Positions 1 to 9,338 of a stretch of DNA of 64,000 nt are shown here, piece by piece (within the stretch, counting starts at the first letter, position 1; the number at the start of each line of letters is the position of its first letter). The notes under the pieces were generated by a model. It was not told where the DNA came from and did no database searches. It worked only from the letters and a program-made list of their open reading frames with translations. Made by a program: the position numbers and the translations under genes. The stretch is from a virus, in IMG/VR virus record IMGVR_UViG_3300021960_000048, positions 18,792 through 82,791 of that record; one strand, 5' to 3'.

Positions 1-269
1 GCAGTGTACGATTTTTGACGTAGGATGTTAGACAAATCAGTAAGGACACAATCAGTTACGAATCCTTGAGCGGCAGGTGATTTCATTCCACCTAATGCTT
101 GAATTGTTTCACGTAGATTCGGGTCGTTTGCTTTTCTTGAGAAAAGGTCGACGACTGGAGAATCATCCACGAAAATACCGTTCTGAACACCCCTATCAAT
201 GTAGGGCTGTAAACGGCTCTGTACGTTCTTTGGCAATTTCTTTGTTTTACTAGCGGTCTTTGACGGCAT
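1..269 (-). CDS. Hypothetical protein, runs off the left window edge (MPSKTASKTKKLPKNVQSRLQPY...)
   Basis: Manually translated open frame from ATG at 269 to the edge; TTTATAT TATA-like box at 294-300. Confidence 0.7.
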   Translation of the reverse strand, partial: MPSKTASKTKKLPKNVQSRLQPYIDRGVQNGIFVDDSPVVDLFSRKANDPNLRETIQALGGMKSPAAQGFVTDCVLTDLSNILRQKSYT

Positions 270-308
270 ATTCAAAGTCAGAAATCCCCACCCATATAAA
301 GAGCGTCA

Positions 309-2264
309 TCATTCTTCTAAGTCCTCTAGGTGGGATTCCATCAAACTATCCCAAAGGGAGTCATTATCTATGTCGGCTGTTTTCATTGTGGTAACTCTCA
401 TTTCCTCTCTCAACTCTCTCTTAGCCTCAAGTTTCTCGGTAGCCTTTGATTCCCAAGTATTATCGAACCATGCTTGACCGGAGTATAAGACATCTCGATT
501 ATCAGACGTTCCTATTATCTTCCATAGTAAGTTACCTTTGCTTATTGTTCTGAAATAATTCGGCAAGAATAGACTTCGCCAAATCTCAGATTCCTCTTTG
601 GTTTTACATCCGATGCTACGGAGTATCTTACCTTCGTTTTTTGTTAATGCCCGGATTGATTTCGCTCGTTCTGATGTTCCAAGTACATCTGAAAAGTCTG
701 CGATTACATCTTTCAGATTATCTCGAACCGCCTCTATGAATAATGGCGTAAGTGCATATGTATCTAGTAGTCCTTCTCTTGACTTAACTATCTTGTAGGT
801 CTTTCGCCCGCCACCTCGACCGCCACCTCGATTGGCAACTTCGATGAGACCCGCGTCTTCTAATGTAGGCAAATGCTTCTCCTTGATTTGAGATTTTGAA
901 ACCGAGAATGCGTGAAGGTTTAACCACTGTTGAATAGCATCAATTGTGAGTCGGCGTTTTGAATCTGCCATTGTTTGCATCTGCAAGAATGTATTCCACG
1001 CATCGTCCGGTACACCCGACAATGAAGCACGAAGTACAATGTCGCATAATAACAAGCCAACAATATTATCCTCGATAGAAGATAGAATGTATGTTCCTGT
1101 TTTGTCAGTCTGTGTTGGACGTTGATGACTATGTAATAACGTAACTGCGTCGATTACTGATAGGACTTTTTTCACGTCCCTCTGATGTTGAGCATTTCTC
1201 GATGGGAAAAACTCAGCCAATAAAGGTGCGAATATATTTCGTACTCTGTTCTTTCTAAGGGATAGCATAGATGCTTGTAAAGTATGAACCAATGGATTCA
1301 CGGTGAAAGTTTCTGGTCGAGCCTTCGCCATCAATTGATTACGAACAACATTTCCAACTTTACTTACAGATGTTTGAGGTGTCATCAAAAGTTGTCTTGT
1401 GATTTGTTCCTGTTCTTTTGGATTACGTGTTGTTAATGTAATGAAAGCAGGTTGTCCTCTGATAATGAAATCTCTAGTCTCAATCTCTCCTGTCATTTCA
1501 TTTTTCATTGGTGTTTTCCAAATGAGTTCCTTATCGTCTCCCGACATGAGAGGTTTCATCCTCTGAATGAATGCAAACGATTCGTCTTTCTCCAAGATGA
1601 TAATACATTTCCCATCTACGTTGACAATGAAGTTGCCGTCCTCATCAATTTCATCATAGTCATACTTCATTGCTTCTCTCGATGCACCCGCTAATACCAT
1701 GCACATTGATTTGGGAAAACCGTTTCTAGCAGTGAGTGTCATGTATGTTTTTCCCGACGCGGATTGACCTATCAATTCGAGATTCAATGGTGCATCTGTC
1801 TTACATGATAGCATGACTAGGAATGTGAGAATAAGATTAGCGTCATCACCTACGAACGGCATGTCTCTTGATTCGTGGAGTATTGTATTCACCTTGTCGA
1901 GTAAGTTAGTATCTCCAAGGAAATCGTTCACGTCTTTATCTTCTATATCTCCGTACAATGATTCGGCTTCTTTCTTTTCAGCAGATACAAACTCGGCTGC
2001 TTCGTATTCTCCATCTTTTAGAATAAGACCCGCTTTCAACATGTTAGTTTGGAAATCCTCATCTTTTATTTTACAGTCTTTTGCTAGACGTTTGATACTG
2101 TATTGAGATAGAACATTGACTTTGCCTCTAGGTTCGTCATTCAGAGATACAGAGAAGTCCATGCGGCCTTTTGTCGCAGATAGGAAAGTCAAGACTACAT
2201 CATAGCCAATCTCTTCAACGTGATACACTGTTGCATTCTCATTTGACTGTCTTACATGAACCAT
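309..2264 (-). CDS. P-loop (AAA+/MCM-like) ATPase with C-terminal winged helix; candidate replicative helicase
   Basis: Walker A ELIGQSASGKT, degenerate Walker B IIILEKDE, sensor-like FITLTT, possible Arg finger ITRQ, wHTH-like LPTLEDAGLIEV...GRKTY. Confidence 0.55.
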   Translation of the reverse strand: MVHVRQSNENATVYHVEEIGYDVVLTFLSATKGRMDFSVSLNDEPRGKVNVLSQYSIKRLAKDCKIKDEDFQTNMLKAGLILKDGEYEAAEFVSAEKKEAESLYGDIEDKDVNDFLGDTNLLDKVNTILHESRDMPFVGDDANLILTFLVMLSCKTDAPLNLELIGQSASGKTYMTLTARNGFPKSMCMVLAGASREAMKYDYDEIDEDGNFIVNVDGKCIIILEKDESFAFIQRMKPLMSGDDKELIWKTPMKNEMTGEIETRDFIIRGQPAFITLTTRNPKEQEQITRQLLMTPQTSVSKVGNVVRNQLMAKARPETFTVNPLVHTLQASMLSLRKNRVRNIFAPLLAEFFPSRNAQHQRDVKKVLSVIDAVTLLHSHQRPTQTDKTGTYILSSIEDNIVGLLLCDIVLRASLSGVPDDAWNTFLQMQTMADSKRRLTIDAIQQWLNLHAFSVSKSQIKEKHLPTLEDAGLIEVANRGGGRGGGRKTYKIVKSREGLLDTYALTPLFIEAVRDNLKDVIADFSDVLGTSERAKSIRALTKNEGKILRSIGCKTKEESEIWRSLFLPNYFRTISKGNLLWKIIGTSDNRDVLYSGQAWFDNTWESKATEKLEAKRELREEMRVTTMKTADIDNDSLWDSLMESHLEDLEE

Positions 2265-2291
2265 ATTCCCACTCTCCTTATCCTCACCCTA

Positions 2292-2570
2292 TTAAGGTGT
2301 TACATCAGACCGCCATTTGGTGTCCGGTGGGAATTGTGATACTAGCGACCAATACAAACCGCAGTCATTGTCTCCACATACAACTACGCTATTCGGCCAC
2401 ATATTGCCCGGTGCTAGAGCCATACAATCAACTGGACCTTTTCTTTTACAGTTAGGGCATTCGGGTAGGGTGAACAAACCCACCACTTCACACTCACGTG
2501 CAGGTTGAGATTCAGTCGAAGGAGCAAGGACTTTGTTCGGTATTGTCCTATTCATTAGGTATCTTGTCAT
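2292..2570 (-). CDS. Small Zn-ribbon protein
   Basis: CPNC and CGDNDC motifs; overlaps the upstream gene stop. Confidence 0.55.
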   Translation of the reverse strand: MTRYLMNRTIPNKVLAPSTESQPARECEVVGLFTLPECPNCKRKGPVDCMALAPGNMWPNSVVVCGDNDCGLYWSLVSQFPPDTKWRSDVTP

Positions 2571-2896
2571 TCCTCTTCCCCCAATATCATAGATGCTCTT
2601 TTACTTATCGTGGCATATCTTTGAATGTCCTCACGTGTCGTTATCCATTCGCTATGAGATTCAACAAGCCTGTCCCAAAATAACTCTCGGAAACTTATCC
2701 ATTCTATCCATGCTTTGTTGTTGACATAACCTTGTTTTTGATACTGTCGATTGACTTTGCTCCAAAGAGCCTCGGCTGATTTGTATAACGGTTCTCCGTT
2801 TTCGTGCATTACAAAACACATTATCGCTCTCTTACTTTTCAACTCTGTTTTGAATTGCGGATTGCGTTTTGCGAATATCATCTTCTTTTTGTTCAT
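2567..2896 (-). CDS. Hypothetical protein (likely start MNKKKM at 2896)
   Basis: ORF track; start overlaps the helicase stop codon. Confidence 0.6.
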   Translation of the reverse strand: MNKKKMIFAKRNPQFKTELKSKRAIMCFVMHENGEPLYKSAEALWSKVNRQYQKQGYVNNKAWIEWISFRELFWDRLVESHSEWITTREDIQRYATISKRASMILGEEE

Positions 2897-4632
2897 CCTA
2901 CGTGTCTCCTTAACCATGTTGGCATAGGTCCGATATTGTTTCTGAACCAAGCCGGAAGCATACCTGCATTCATCCTCTGAAATCTAGCCCACGATGAATC
3001 CAAGATGAATATTTGTCCCTTGTCTTTTGGTGAACGTACTATTCTACCCGCACCTTGAACGATAGTCAAGGCAGTTTGAAGGTTGTACCATTTCTTACAA
3101 GGAGCAGGGCAAGCAAACGAACCACACATCCCATTACTATACTTACTAGGTGGCTCGTATGGACAATCCTCAGTGCCTTCATACTGCCTACGCCACGCAT
3201 GTTCGTCCTCTAGTAATCGCGTCGATATAACAGGGTCTATGACGGGTAAATACGGTACTTTGCACAATACCAACCACTCGGCTAGTTTACCTTTGAAGTC
3301 AAACCCTTCATTGACATAAGTCGAGATTAAAACTAGGTTGTTTTCTTTGCTTGTCATAAAATAATCAATGGCTGAATCTCGACCGCCCGCATCTGAATCA
3401 TGAGTTACAATTCGGTCTCCATAACCTGCGGCTCTCAAGCCTTCAACTATGCCCTTCCTTATGTAATGTGTATGAGGTAAAACTACACCACGCTTGTTCG
3501 GGTACTTCTCCATTATTCCGATTATTGCTTTGACTTGCTTTGGAATAGTTGAATCCCTCTTTGAAAATGACATAGAACCAACTGGAGCATAATGAATATT
3601 GAAACAATCTTTTGGGAATGGACTTTCAGTTACGTTGACGTAGAGAGTTTTTTGGTCCTCAAGTCCCATAGAATGAAGGTACGTGTCTACGTCAAGTATA
3701 GTAGCAGACAAGAAGATTCTTTTTCTCGCAACTGAGTTCAACATATCAACTGCATAATCACGTACTCGCACTGGCTTAAACTCAACAAACCTACCGAATC
3801 TTGTCTTATCCATTTTGACGACCACGTTGTCCGGTTGTTGTAGGAGTGTGAGAATCGTAGTTCCTTTCTCTAAGATACTACGGAACGACTTTATCTTGGG
3901 GTCATTCTCTTCATCTTCTGCGGCCTTGAGATGTGCTTCGCAAGACTTCACGAAGTCCTTTACATCATCAAGCCAGTCGGCGGGGTAATAGTGCATTGGG
4001 AAGTTCCATTTTGGACCATGTACTTGTTGCCAGTCTTTTTCTGATATTCTAGTGCCGAGAAGGTCAAGAAGAAAACCTTCCATCCTGTGAGCCTCATCTA
4101 TGATAGCGAAGTCTCTCTGTTCAAATCTAGGGTCGCCCTGTATGACCCTAAATAGATAAGCGGGATTGGATAGGGTGATTCGTGCGTCAGAGGCAGCAAA
4201 CTTCTGTTCGTAGTAGGGGCAGGGGTCGGTCTCTTTTGAATGAGGACAAGAGCCACCTCTCTTCGTCCAACATGGCGCACCGTCAGCAGTCCCGCTCTTT
4301 ACCCAACATGGGAAGTTTGAACGACCCCTCACTTCTTTCACGACATGACCGTAGTCGGCAAGATACTGTGTCGCGAGGCCGAGGCTCGGAGTCAGTAAGT
4401 AAGCAGACTGAAACTGTGCTTGAACGGTCATGGCTATGGCTGATTTCCCTATTCCAGTAGGGGCTTGAATGACTATGTTGTCGAAGTCATCTTTCTTCAA
4501 TGCGTGATAGATAACTGATAGTGCTTCATTCTGAAACTTTCTCGGTGAAGGCATTGGGAAATCCGGTTGTATCTCATCCCAAAGATTCGGTAGTTTTGAT
4601 TTACTGGGAATGTTGATTCTTACGACGGCCAT
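2893..4632 (-). CDS. DinG/XPD/Rad3-family SF2 helicase with Fe-S cluster
   Basis: Q motif PRKFQ, Walker A APTGIGKS, four-Cys cluster (FPCW..APCW..SCP..PCPYY), DEAH, motif III SAT, motif VI QGAGRIVR. Confidence 0.9.
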   Translation of the reverse strand: MAVVRINIPSKSKLPNLWDEIQPDFPMPSPRKFQNEALSVIYHALKKDDFDNIVIQAPTGIGKSAIAMTVQAQFQSAYLLTPSLGLATQYLADYGHVVKEVRGRSNFPCWVKSGTADGAPCWTKRGGSCPHSKETDPCPYYEQKFAASDARITLSNPAYLFRVIQGDPRFEQRDFAIIDEAHRMEGFLLDLLGTRISEKDWQQVHGPKWNFPMHYYPADWLDDVKDFVKSCEAHLKAAEDEENDPKIKSFRSILEKGTTILTLLQQPDNVVVKMDKTRFGRFVEFKPVRVRDYAVDMLNSVARKRIFLSATILDVDTYLHSMGLEDQKTLYVNVTESPFPKDCFNIHYAPVGSMSFSKRDSTIPKQVKAIIGIMEKYPNKRGVVLPHTHYIRKGIVEGLRAAGYGDRIVTHDSDAGGRDSAIDYFMTSKENNLVLISTYVNEGFDFKGKLAEWLVLCKVPYLPVIDPVISTRLLEDEHAWRRQYEGTEDCPYEPPSKYSNGMCGSFACPAPCKKWYNLQTALTIVQGAGRIVRSPKDKGQIFILDSSWARFQRMNAGMLPAWFRNNIGPMPTWLRRHVG

Positions 4633-4679
4633 GATGAATCAGATTAACCCCACCAATATAATGAGAGTTGTATTAGAGG

Positions 4680-4815
4680 TGCGAGAGATGGATGCAATTA
4701 TTATGGGAAATAACACAAACCCGCCCCGACGGACATCCATCCCTCGACTTCATACATGAGCAACGTATGTTGAGGTATAACCGTCGAGGTAATTGGGGGG
4801 TGTTCCCCCACCATT
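4680..4815 (-). ncRNA. Candidate structured RNA element with pseudoknot or alternative pairings
   Basis: ORF-free. Nested stems CCUCGACGG/CCGUCGGGG, CCUC/GAGG, CAUACGU/AUGUAUG plus crossing GAUGGAUG/CAUCCAUC. G-U wobbles favour the minus strand. Confidence 0.5.
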
Positions 4816-4821
4816 ATTAAT

Positions 4822-5205
4822 TCAACGGTCTAACCAGTGGGTTCTACCGCCCCAGTAGACATTAAAGCCCTCGTTCTGCAACTCAGCATACAATTCGTTT
4901 GTTAGTTGATTGCAGCCACATATACAGTCGCGGTCGTCTGCTGATGTGTTGTGAGGCACTTCAACTTCTAAGTCGTAAATGGTGTCGGGGAAGCGGCTTC
5001 TACCTTGGTTGACCCTGTGGTATGAAACTCTTGATGTGATTAAGTTGCGTGGGATTCCAACTGATGTAAGTGGGCGTACTCTGTAAGACCATACACGTAC
5101 GGATGTTGTTCCGTACCTTTGCATGTAACAGTCTCCGGGTTCTAAAGTTGGCCTGTCCGGTAGTTCTCTGATTTGTGTTATTAGTTCCGTGATGCGGTTG
5201 CTCAT
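4822..5205 (-). CDS. Stand-alone cassette gene 1, hypothetical (MSNRIT...)
   Basis: ORF with its own TTATATA box 22 nt upstream of the ATG. Confidence 0.75.
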   Translation of the reverse strand: MSNRITELITQIRELPDRPTLEPGDCYMQRYGTTSVRVWSYRVRPLTSVGIPRNLITSRVSYHRVNQGRSRFPDTIYDLEVEVPHNTSADDRDCICGCNQLTNELYAELQNEGFNVYWGGRTHWLDR

Positions 5206-5248
5206 GTTCTATCGGAAGGGGTTAGGGTATATAACATTATGCCTATAG
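5206..5248 (-). promoter_or_regulatory. Cassette promoter (TATA within ATATAAC-N6-GTTATAT-like palindrome)
   Basis: tatataac at 5228-5235; second TATA at 5244, 16 bp away; same layout as the other cassette promoters. Confidence 0.8.
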
Positions 5249-5281
5249 GGATTTAATGATGAGTGTTCCCCTAGTGATGTT

Positions 5282-5377
5282 ACACATACACTACCCTTGT
5301 ATGTGTGTGCCTGTAAGGGGTATTGGAATTGTATTAATTCTTGTAGAAGGGTTTCCCCCTACGGGGAAACACTTCTA
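5282..5377. repeat. Two DNA/RNA hairpins in an intergenic region
   Basis: ACACATACA-CTACCCT-TGTATGTGT (5282-5306) and TAGAAG-G-GTTTCCCC-CTAC-GGGGAAAC-A-CTTCTA (5344-5377). Confidence 0.75.
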
Positions 5378-5446
5378 ATGATGACCCCTTTTTGTTCACA
5401 TAGGATGATTACACTATATACATGCAAACCTTTATAAGTAAATACA

Positions 5447-5620
5447 CTGCCCCCAATACAGAAGCGAGGCGGCGGAAACAACGCCTCACAACTGCCCCTA
5501 GGCACATGAAGCCTACTAACGTGATGAATGAGATGGGGCGGCTTCTAACGCAGCACCCCTGTGATACAAGGGGTGGTCTGTCCCGATAGACAACCAATGC
5601 GAGTACACTATTCGGGGCAG
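5447..5620 (+). ncRNA. Candidate multi-branched structured RNA of about 175 nt
   Basis: Closing stem CTGCCCCCAATA/TATTCGGGGCAG. Internal stems AGAAG/CTTCT, GAGGCG/CGCCTC, CTGCCCC/GGGGCGG, TAGGC/GCCTA, CACCCCT/AGGGGTG, GTCTGT/ATAGAC. TATA-like sequences at 5415-5438. Strand tentative. Confidence 0.6.
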
Positions 5621-5621
5621 A

Positions 5622-7433
5622 CTACTGCACCGTTAAACTCGAAGCCAACCTCATAGTTGCTGCTATATCTGATGGTTGTTTACCGACTGTAATTGTCATA
5701 ACAGAATCAGTTGTTGAGTATTCCCAATTCACGTCAAATATTTCTTGGCGACCTGCTAATCCACCGTCAACAGATGCAAAGTCCATTATGTCTCCCGCTC
5801 TCAAATCAAATCGCTCTGGCAAGCCCTCAACTATCCATTGACTGTAAGCAATTCCTTGCCTCATCAATATCTGTCTGCCGAGAGTTTCAGCGTGTGCAAC
5901 GGTCGTAACACTGTCGTCTTTGATGTATCTATGAACAGGTCTTTCTGAACCTAATGAAACAGTCGCACTAATGTTTAACCCTTCATTTTCAATTGTAACT
6001 TTGTTGAAGAAGTCATCATCGTTTGCATTTCTTTCAATCATTGTTGGATAAAAGTCGAGAGGAACTAATGTCTTTGGAACACGACCTGCTGTGTAAGGTG
6101 TCAATGTAGAATCGTGCAATTCTTTTTTCTTGGCTACGTGAATGTAACCATAAGCGTCTGCGTAGATTTGATATTGTATTGGCCCAGAGTTCACAAAACT
6201 CAGCAAAGTTTGGATTGCTGCGAGTCTTGTTTTTCCTTTGAACTTCAACCCAGTCGGTAATGTAAATGACAAGTCAGAGATGATACGAGCAATAGGTGGA
6301 TTGTACGATGAGTTAGCAACTATGGACTTGATGAGGGTAGCAATATTTCCATTTGCGTGTGCAGGTTGTTCGGTGATATATTCATTCGTCAAGAATCCAA
6401 GTGCGTCAAGACAAGTCAATCGAATACTTTCAGATGATTCTTCAATCCCTGCTACATATCCAGTGAATATCAATGGTGGGTTAGACCACATTCTAGGAGC
6501 AAGATGGACTTGAATTGTTTCACCTATGGATGCTACGCCACTCCTTCTACCCGCAACTGATGAAATAGTGATTGTTAATTCTCTCGGTGTGTTTAGATTA
6601 TCTTTGGAACTAATTGTTCTTACTCCGTGTAATGGTCTACTACCATTTATCATTACAATTGGTGTTTTAGGTGTCGCTTCATCCTCTGATATTTGACCGT
6701 AGATAGTTCGACCAAAGACTTGTCTTGACCTAACGAAGAATACTTTGTGAGGCCAATTATTTCTTAGGTTGCCTAGTTGAAATTGCCTAGGTCTATTCAT
6801 CCATTGAAGTCCTTCGGGATTCCAACCGCCGTTACTATAACCGAGTTTACCTAAGTTAAATGTTGGACTCGGTAGAACCGATGTTGGATAATTGCCTTCT
6901 GTTGGTCCAGTTGTAAATGCAAAACCGCCTCTTGGTCCACCGCCGCGTCTGCTTGTCAAATCGTACTGGTCTGGGAATATCGACGCAGATGCGTAGAGAT
7001 AACCGAACCCATCATCTGCCCCGGTGTAGCCGTTGTGAAGATGAGGGTCGAATGGTTTTGGTGATGCGAGATTAGCATAACAGTGAGTTGTTGGTCCGGC
7101 TGTCGACCATACATTTGAAAGACTGGTCATTGTATCGGGGTGTGGGATTAAACCAAGACCGAAGTCTGTTGGATAGTGGGCGGGTCTGTTTATGGTTTCT
7201 TTATCATTGACATTCATAGAGTGTTCAGCGACCGTATCTCTTGCTCTATAATTCAACCACTGGACTTCCGCCCATGTTCGAGAAACGAATCGAGCAATTG
7301 CCGTTCTCGGCCTACGTGGGTCTTGCCCTAGTTCCTCAACAAAGTCTTTGAGATTATCCGGCGGAGTAATGACGAACTCATCGTCATCGGGGTCTCTAAC
7401 GATACGAACATACCGTTCGGCTTCCTCATCCAT
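5622..7433 (-). CDS. Tail tip/baseplate hub-like protein (likely start MDEEAER at 7433)
   Basis: C-terminal half has hub-like pattern IFTGYVAGIEE..IRLTCLDALG..YADAYG..NKVTI..LRAGD; last gene of tail module. The longer ORF-track start overlaps groES. Confidence 0.65.
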   Translation of the reverse strand: MDEEAERYVRIVRDPDDDEFVITPPDNLKDFVEELGQDPRRPRTAIARFVSRTWAEVQWLNYRARDTVAEHSMNVNDKETINRPAHYPTDFGLGLIPHPDTMTSLSNVWSTAGPTTHCYANLASPKPFDPHLHNGYTGADDGFGYLYASASIFPDQYDLTSRRGGGPRGGFAFTTGPTEGNYPTSVLPSPTFNLGKLGYSNGGWNPEGLQWMNRPRQFQLGNLRNNWPHKVFFVRSRQVFGRTIYGQISEDEATPKTPIVMINGSRPLHGVRTISSKDNLNTPRELTITISSVAGRRSGVASIGETIQVHLAPRMWSNPPLIFTGYVAGIEESSESIRLTCLDALGFLTNEYITEQPAHANGNIATLIKSIVANSSYNPPIARIISDLSFTLPTGLKFKGKTRLAAIQTLLSFVNSGPIQYQIYADAYGYIHVAKKKELHDSTLTPYTAGRVPKTLVPLDFYPTMIERNANDDDFFNKVTIENEGLNISATVSLGSERPVHRYIKDDSVTTVAHAETLGRQILMRQGIAYSQWIVEGLPERFDLRAGDIMDFASVDGGLAGRQEIFDVNWEYSTTDSVMTITVGKQPSDIAATMRLASSLTVQ

Positions 7434-7500
7434 GCTTATAGACGGTAAAGTAAAGTTATTTACCGTATGCTTAATATTACACTTAAGACTCGAACCACTT

Positions 7501-7767
7501 GTGAAAGTTCTAACACCGACAAAAGGATATGCCCTAGTGAAGAGATGGATTCCCGAACAAACAACAACAAGTGGAATAATTATACAAGACGAAGCAGCGT
7601 CATATGGCTTTGGAGTGATAGAAGAAATTACTCCTTTTAGTGGAGAAAGCCCATACGAAAAAGGCGCTGTTGTTTTGATAGAAAAAGACTGTGGGACTTC
7701 CGTACAGTGGAATGGAAATGTTTGCTTGATGGTGAAGATAATGCACATAATAGGGGTGGTTGAATGA
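7501..7767 (+). CDS. groES: GroES-like co-chaperonin (GTG start at 7501)
   Basis: LTPTKGYALVKR..TTTSGIII (mobile loop)..KGAVVLI..LMVKIMHIIGVVE matches the Cpn10 layout; overlaps groEL start; TTAATA about 24 nt upstream. Confidence 0.85.
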   Translation: MKVLTPTKGYALVKRWIPEQTTTSGIIIQDEAASYGFGVIEEITPFSGESPYEKGAVVLIEKDCGTSVQWNGNVCLMVKIMHIIGVVE

Positions 7768-9338
7768 AGAAGTCAATATTTGGTGAAGAAGCAAGAGAAG
7801 CATTGATGAGAGGAATAAATGAGGTTGCTAATTCAGTTAAACCAACTCTCGGACCTGCTGCTAGAACTGTAATACTAGAGAGACAATTTGGCTCACCAGT
7901 TGTAATTAATGACGGTGTTACTATTGCTAAAGATATTGATATGAAAGAAGACCCATACGCAAATCTAGGTGTTCGTCTGATTCAAGAGGCAGCAAGTAAG
8001 GCTCAAGATAATGCAGGGGATGGAACAACTACCGCCTCTATCTTAACTCAGTCATTATGCAACAAAGGATTAGTTGAAATGAAAACAGGTCGTAACCCAA
8101 TACACATAAAGAAAGGATTCGATAAGGCAGTTGAGATAGCAGTAAAGTCAATCGAAGAAGCGGCTACCGAAGTCGATGATGATTCTTTGGTTCATGTTGC
8201 CACTATCGCAGCCAATAACGATGAAGCAATTGGTTCTCTGATTTCTCAAGCGTTTCAAAAAGTTGGCAGAGATGGAATTGTTTCAATCGAAGAGTCGAAC
8301 GGACTCGACACAACTTTGGAAATTGTAGACGGTCTTGAGTTTACTAAGGGTCTCCTTAGCGCCCACTTCATAACAGACACCGAAAAACAAACCACGACGA
8401 TGAAGAAACCATTGATTCTAGTTACCGATGAAATTGTTAGAACCGCTCAAGAAATTGTTGATGTTCTAAATTATGCAGCAGAAATGAAAAGACCGCTTTT
8501 GATTATCGCAGCAAAGATGGAAGGTGAGGCACTTGCTACACTTGCCCTTAACTGTTCACGTGGTATCTTAGAAGTCGCAGCAGTTGAAGCCCCTTCATTT
8601 GGTAATTCACGTGAAGAAATCCTAACCGATATTGCCACTGTTGTAGGAGCAATTCCGATTTTTGCCAGTAAGGGAATGTCAACTCAAAGGAACGGCATAG
8701 AATCACTAGGTGGTGCAAAGTCAGTTACTTGCTCGATGAAGAGAACAACAATAGTTGGTGGTCGTGGAACAGATGGTGATATTAAGAAAAGACAAGAAGC
8801 ATTAATCGCTCAATCGAAAGAGGCTGAAACTGATTGGGAAGCAGAGGCATTGAAAGCAAGAGCAGGGAAGATTTCTGGCGGTGTTGCAGTATTACACATC
8901 GGTGGTAAAACCGAAGCAGAGATGAAAGAAAGAATCGCACGTGTGGATGATTCATTGAACGCTACTAGAGCCGCTTTACAAGAGGGTATAGTGGTAGGTG
9001 GCTCTATCATGTATCTACGTGCTAGAGACGAGATACTAGATGCCTCAGACGACCATGAAGGCGACGAATGGCTAGGTATGATGATGGTACATGACGCACT
9101 AGCAGAGCCGTTCCATCAGTTGTGTTTTAACGCAGGTGTTGATAGTGATGAAGCATTAGAACAAGTCATAGAAATGAACGACCCTAACTACGGTCTAAAC
9201 GCTAAGACGTTGGAGTTTGGAGACCTCATTGAACAGGGTGTCATTGACCCTGCCAAGGTTGTCAAAAACTCACTGGAAACAGCCGCTTCGATTGCAGGGC
9301 TAGTCCTAACAACCGAAGTGCTTGTCGCCGAAGTCTAA
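7764..9338 (+). CDS. groEL: Group I chaperonin GroEL
   Basis: TLGP, INDGVTIAK, AGDGTTTA, GGVAVLHIGGKTEAEMKE, VIDPAKV motifs; no GGM tail. Confidence 0.97.
   Translation: MKKSIFGEEAREALMRGINEVANSVKPTLGPAARTVILERQFGSPVVINDGVTIAKDIDMKEDPYANLGVRLIQEAASKAQDNAGDGTTTASILTQSLCNKGLVEMKTGRNPIHIKKGFDKAVEIAVKSIEEAATEVDDDSLVHVATIAANNDEAIGSLISQAFQKVGRDGIVSIEESNGLDTTLEIVDGLEFTKGLLSAHFITDTEKQTTTMKKPLILVTDEIVRTAQEIVDVLNYAAEMKRPLLIIAAKMEGEALATLALNCSRGILEVAAVEAPSFGNSREEILTDIATVVGAIPIFASKGMSTQRNGIESLGGAKSVTCSMKRTTIVGGRGTDGDIKKRQEALIAQSKEAETDWEAEALKARAGKISGGVAVLHIGGKTEAEMKERIARVDDSLNATRAALQEGIVVGGSIMYLRARDEILDASDDHEGDEWLGMMMVHDALAEPFHQLCFNAGVDSDEALEQVIEMNDPNYGLNAKTLEFGDLIEQGVIDPAKVVKNSLETAASIAGLVLTTEVLVAEV

Noticed and set aside
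5510-5535. Hammerhead ribozyme core or C/D box sRNA
   Set aside because: The sequence is GUGAUGA rather than CUGAUGA, with no correctly placed GAAA core or D box (CUGA).
7434-7748. N-terminal 105 aa of ORF 5622-7748 and first 51 aa of ORF 7348-7767
   Set aside because: Mutual antisense overlap; the more plausible starts are 7433 (minus) and 7501 (plus), flanking a divergent promoter gap.
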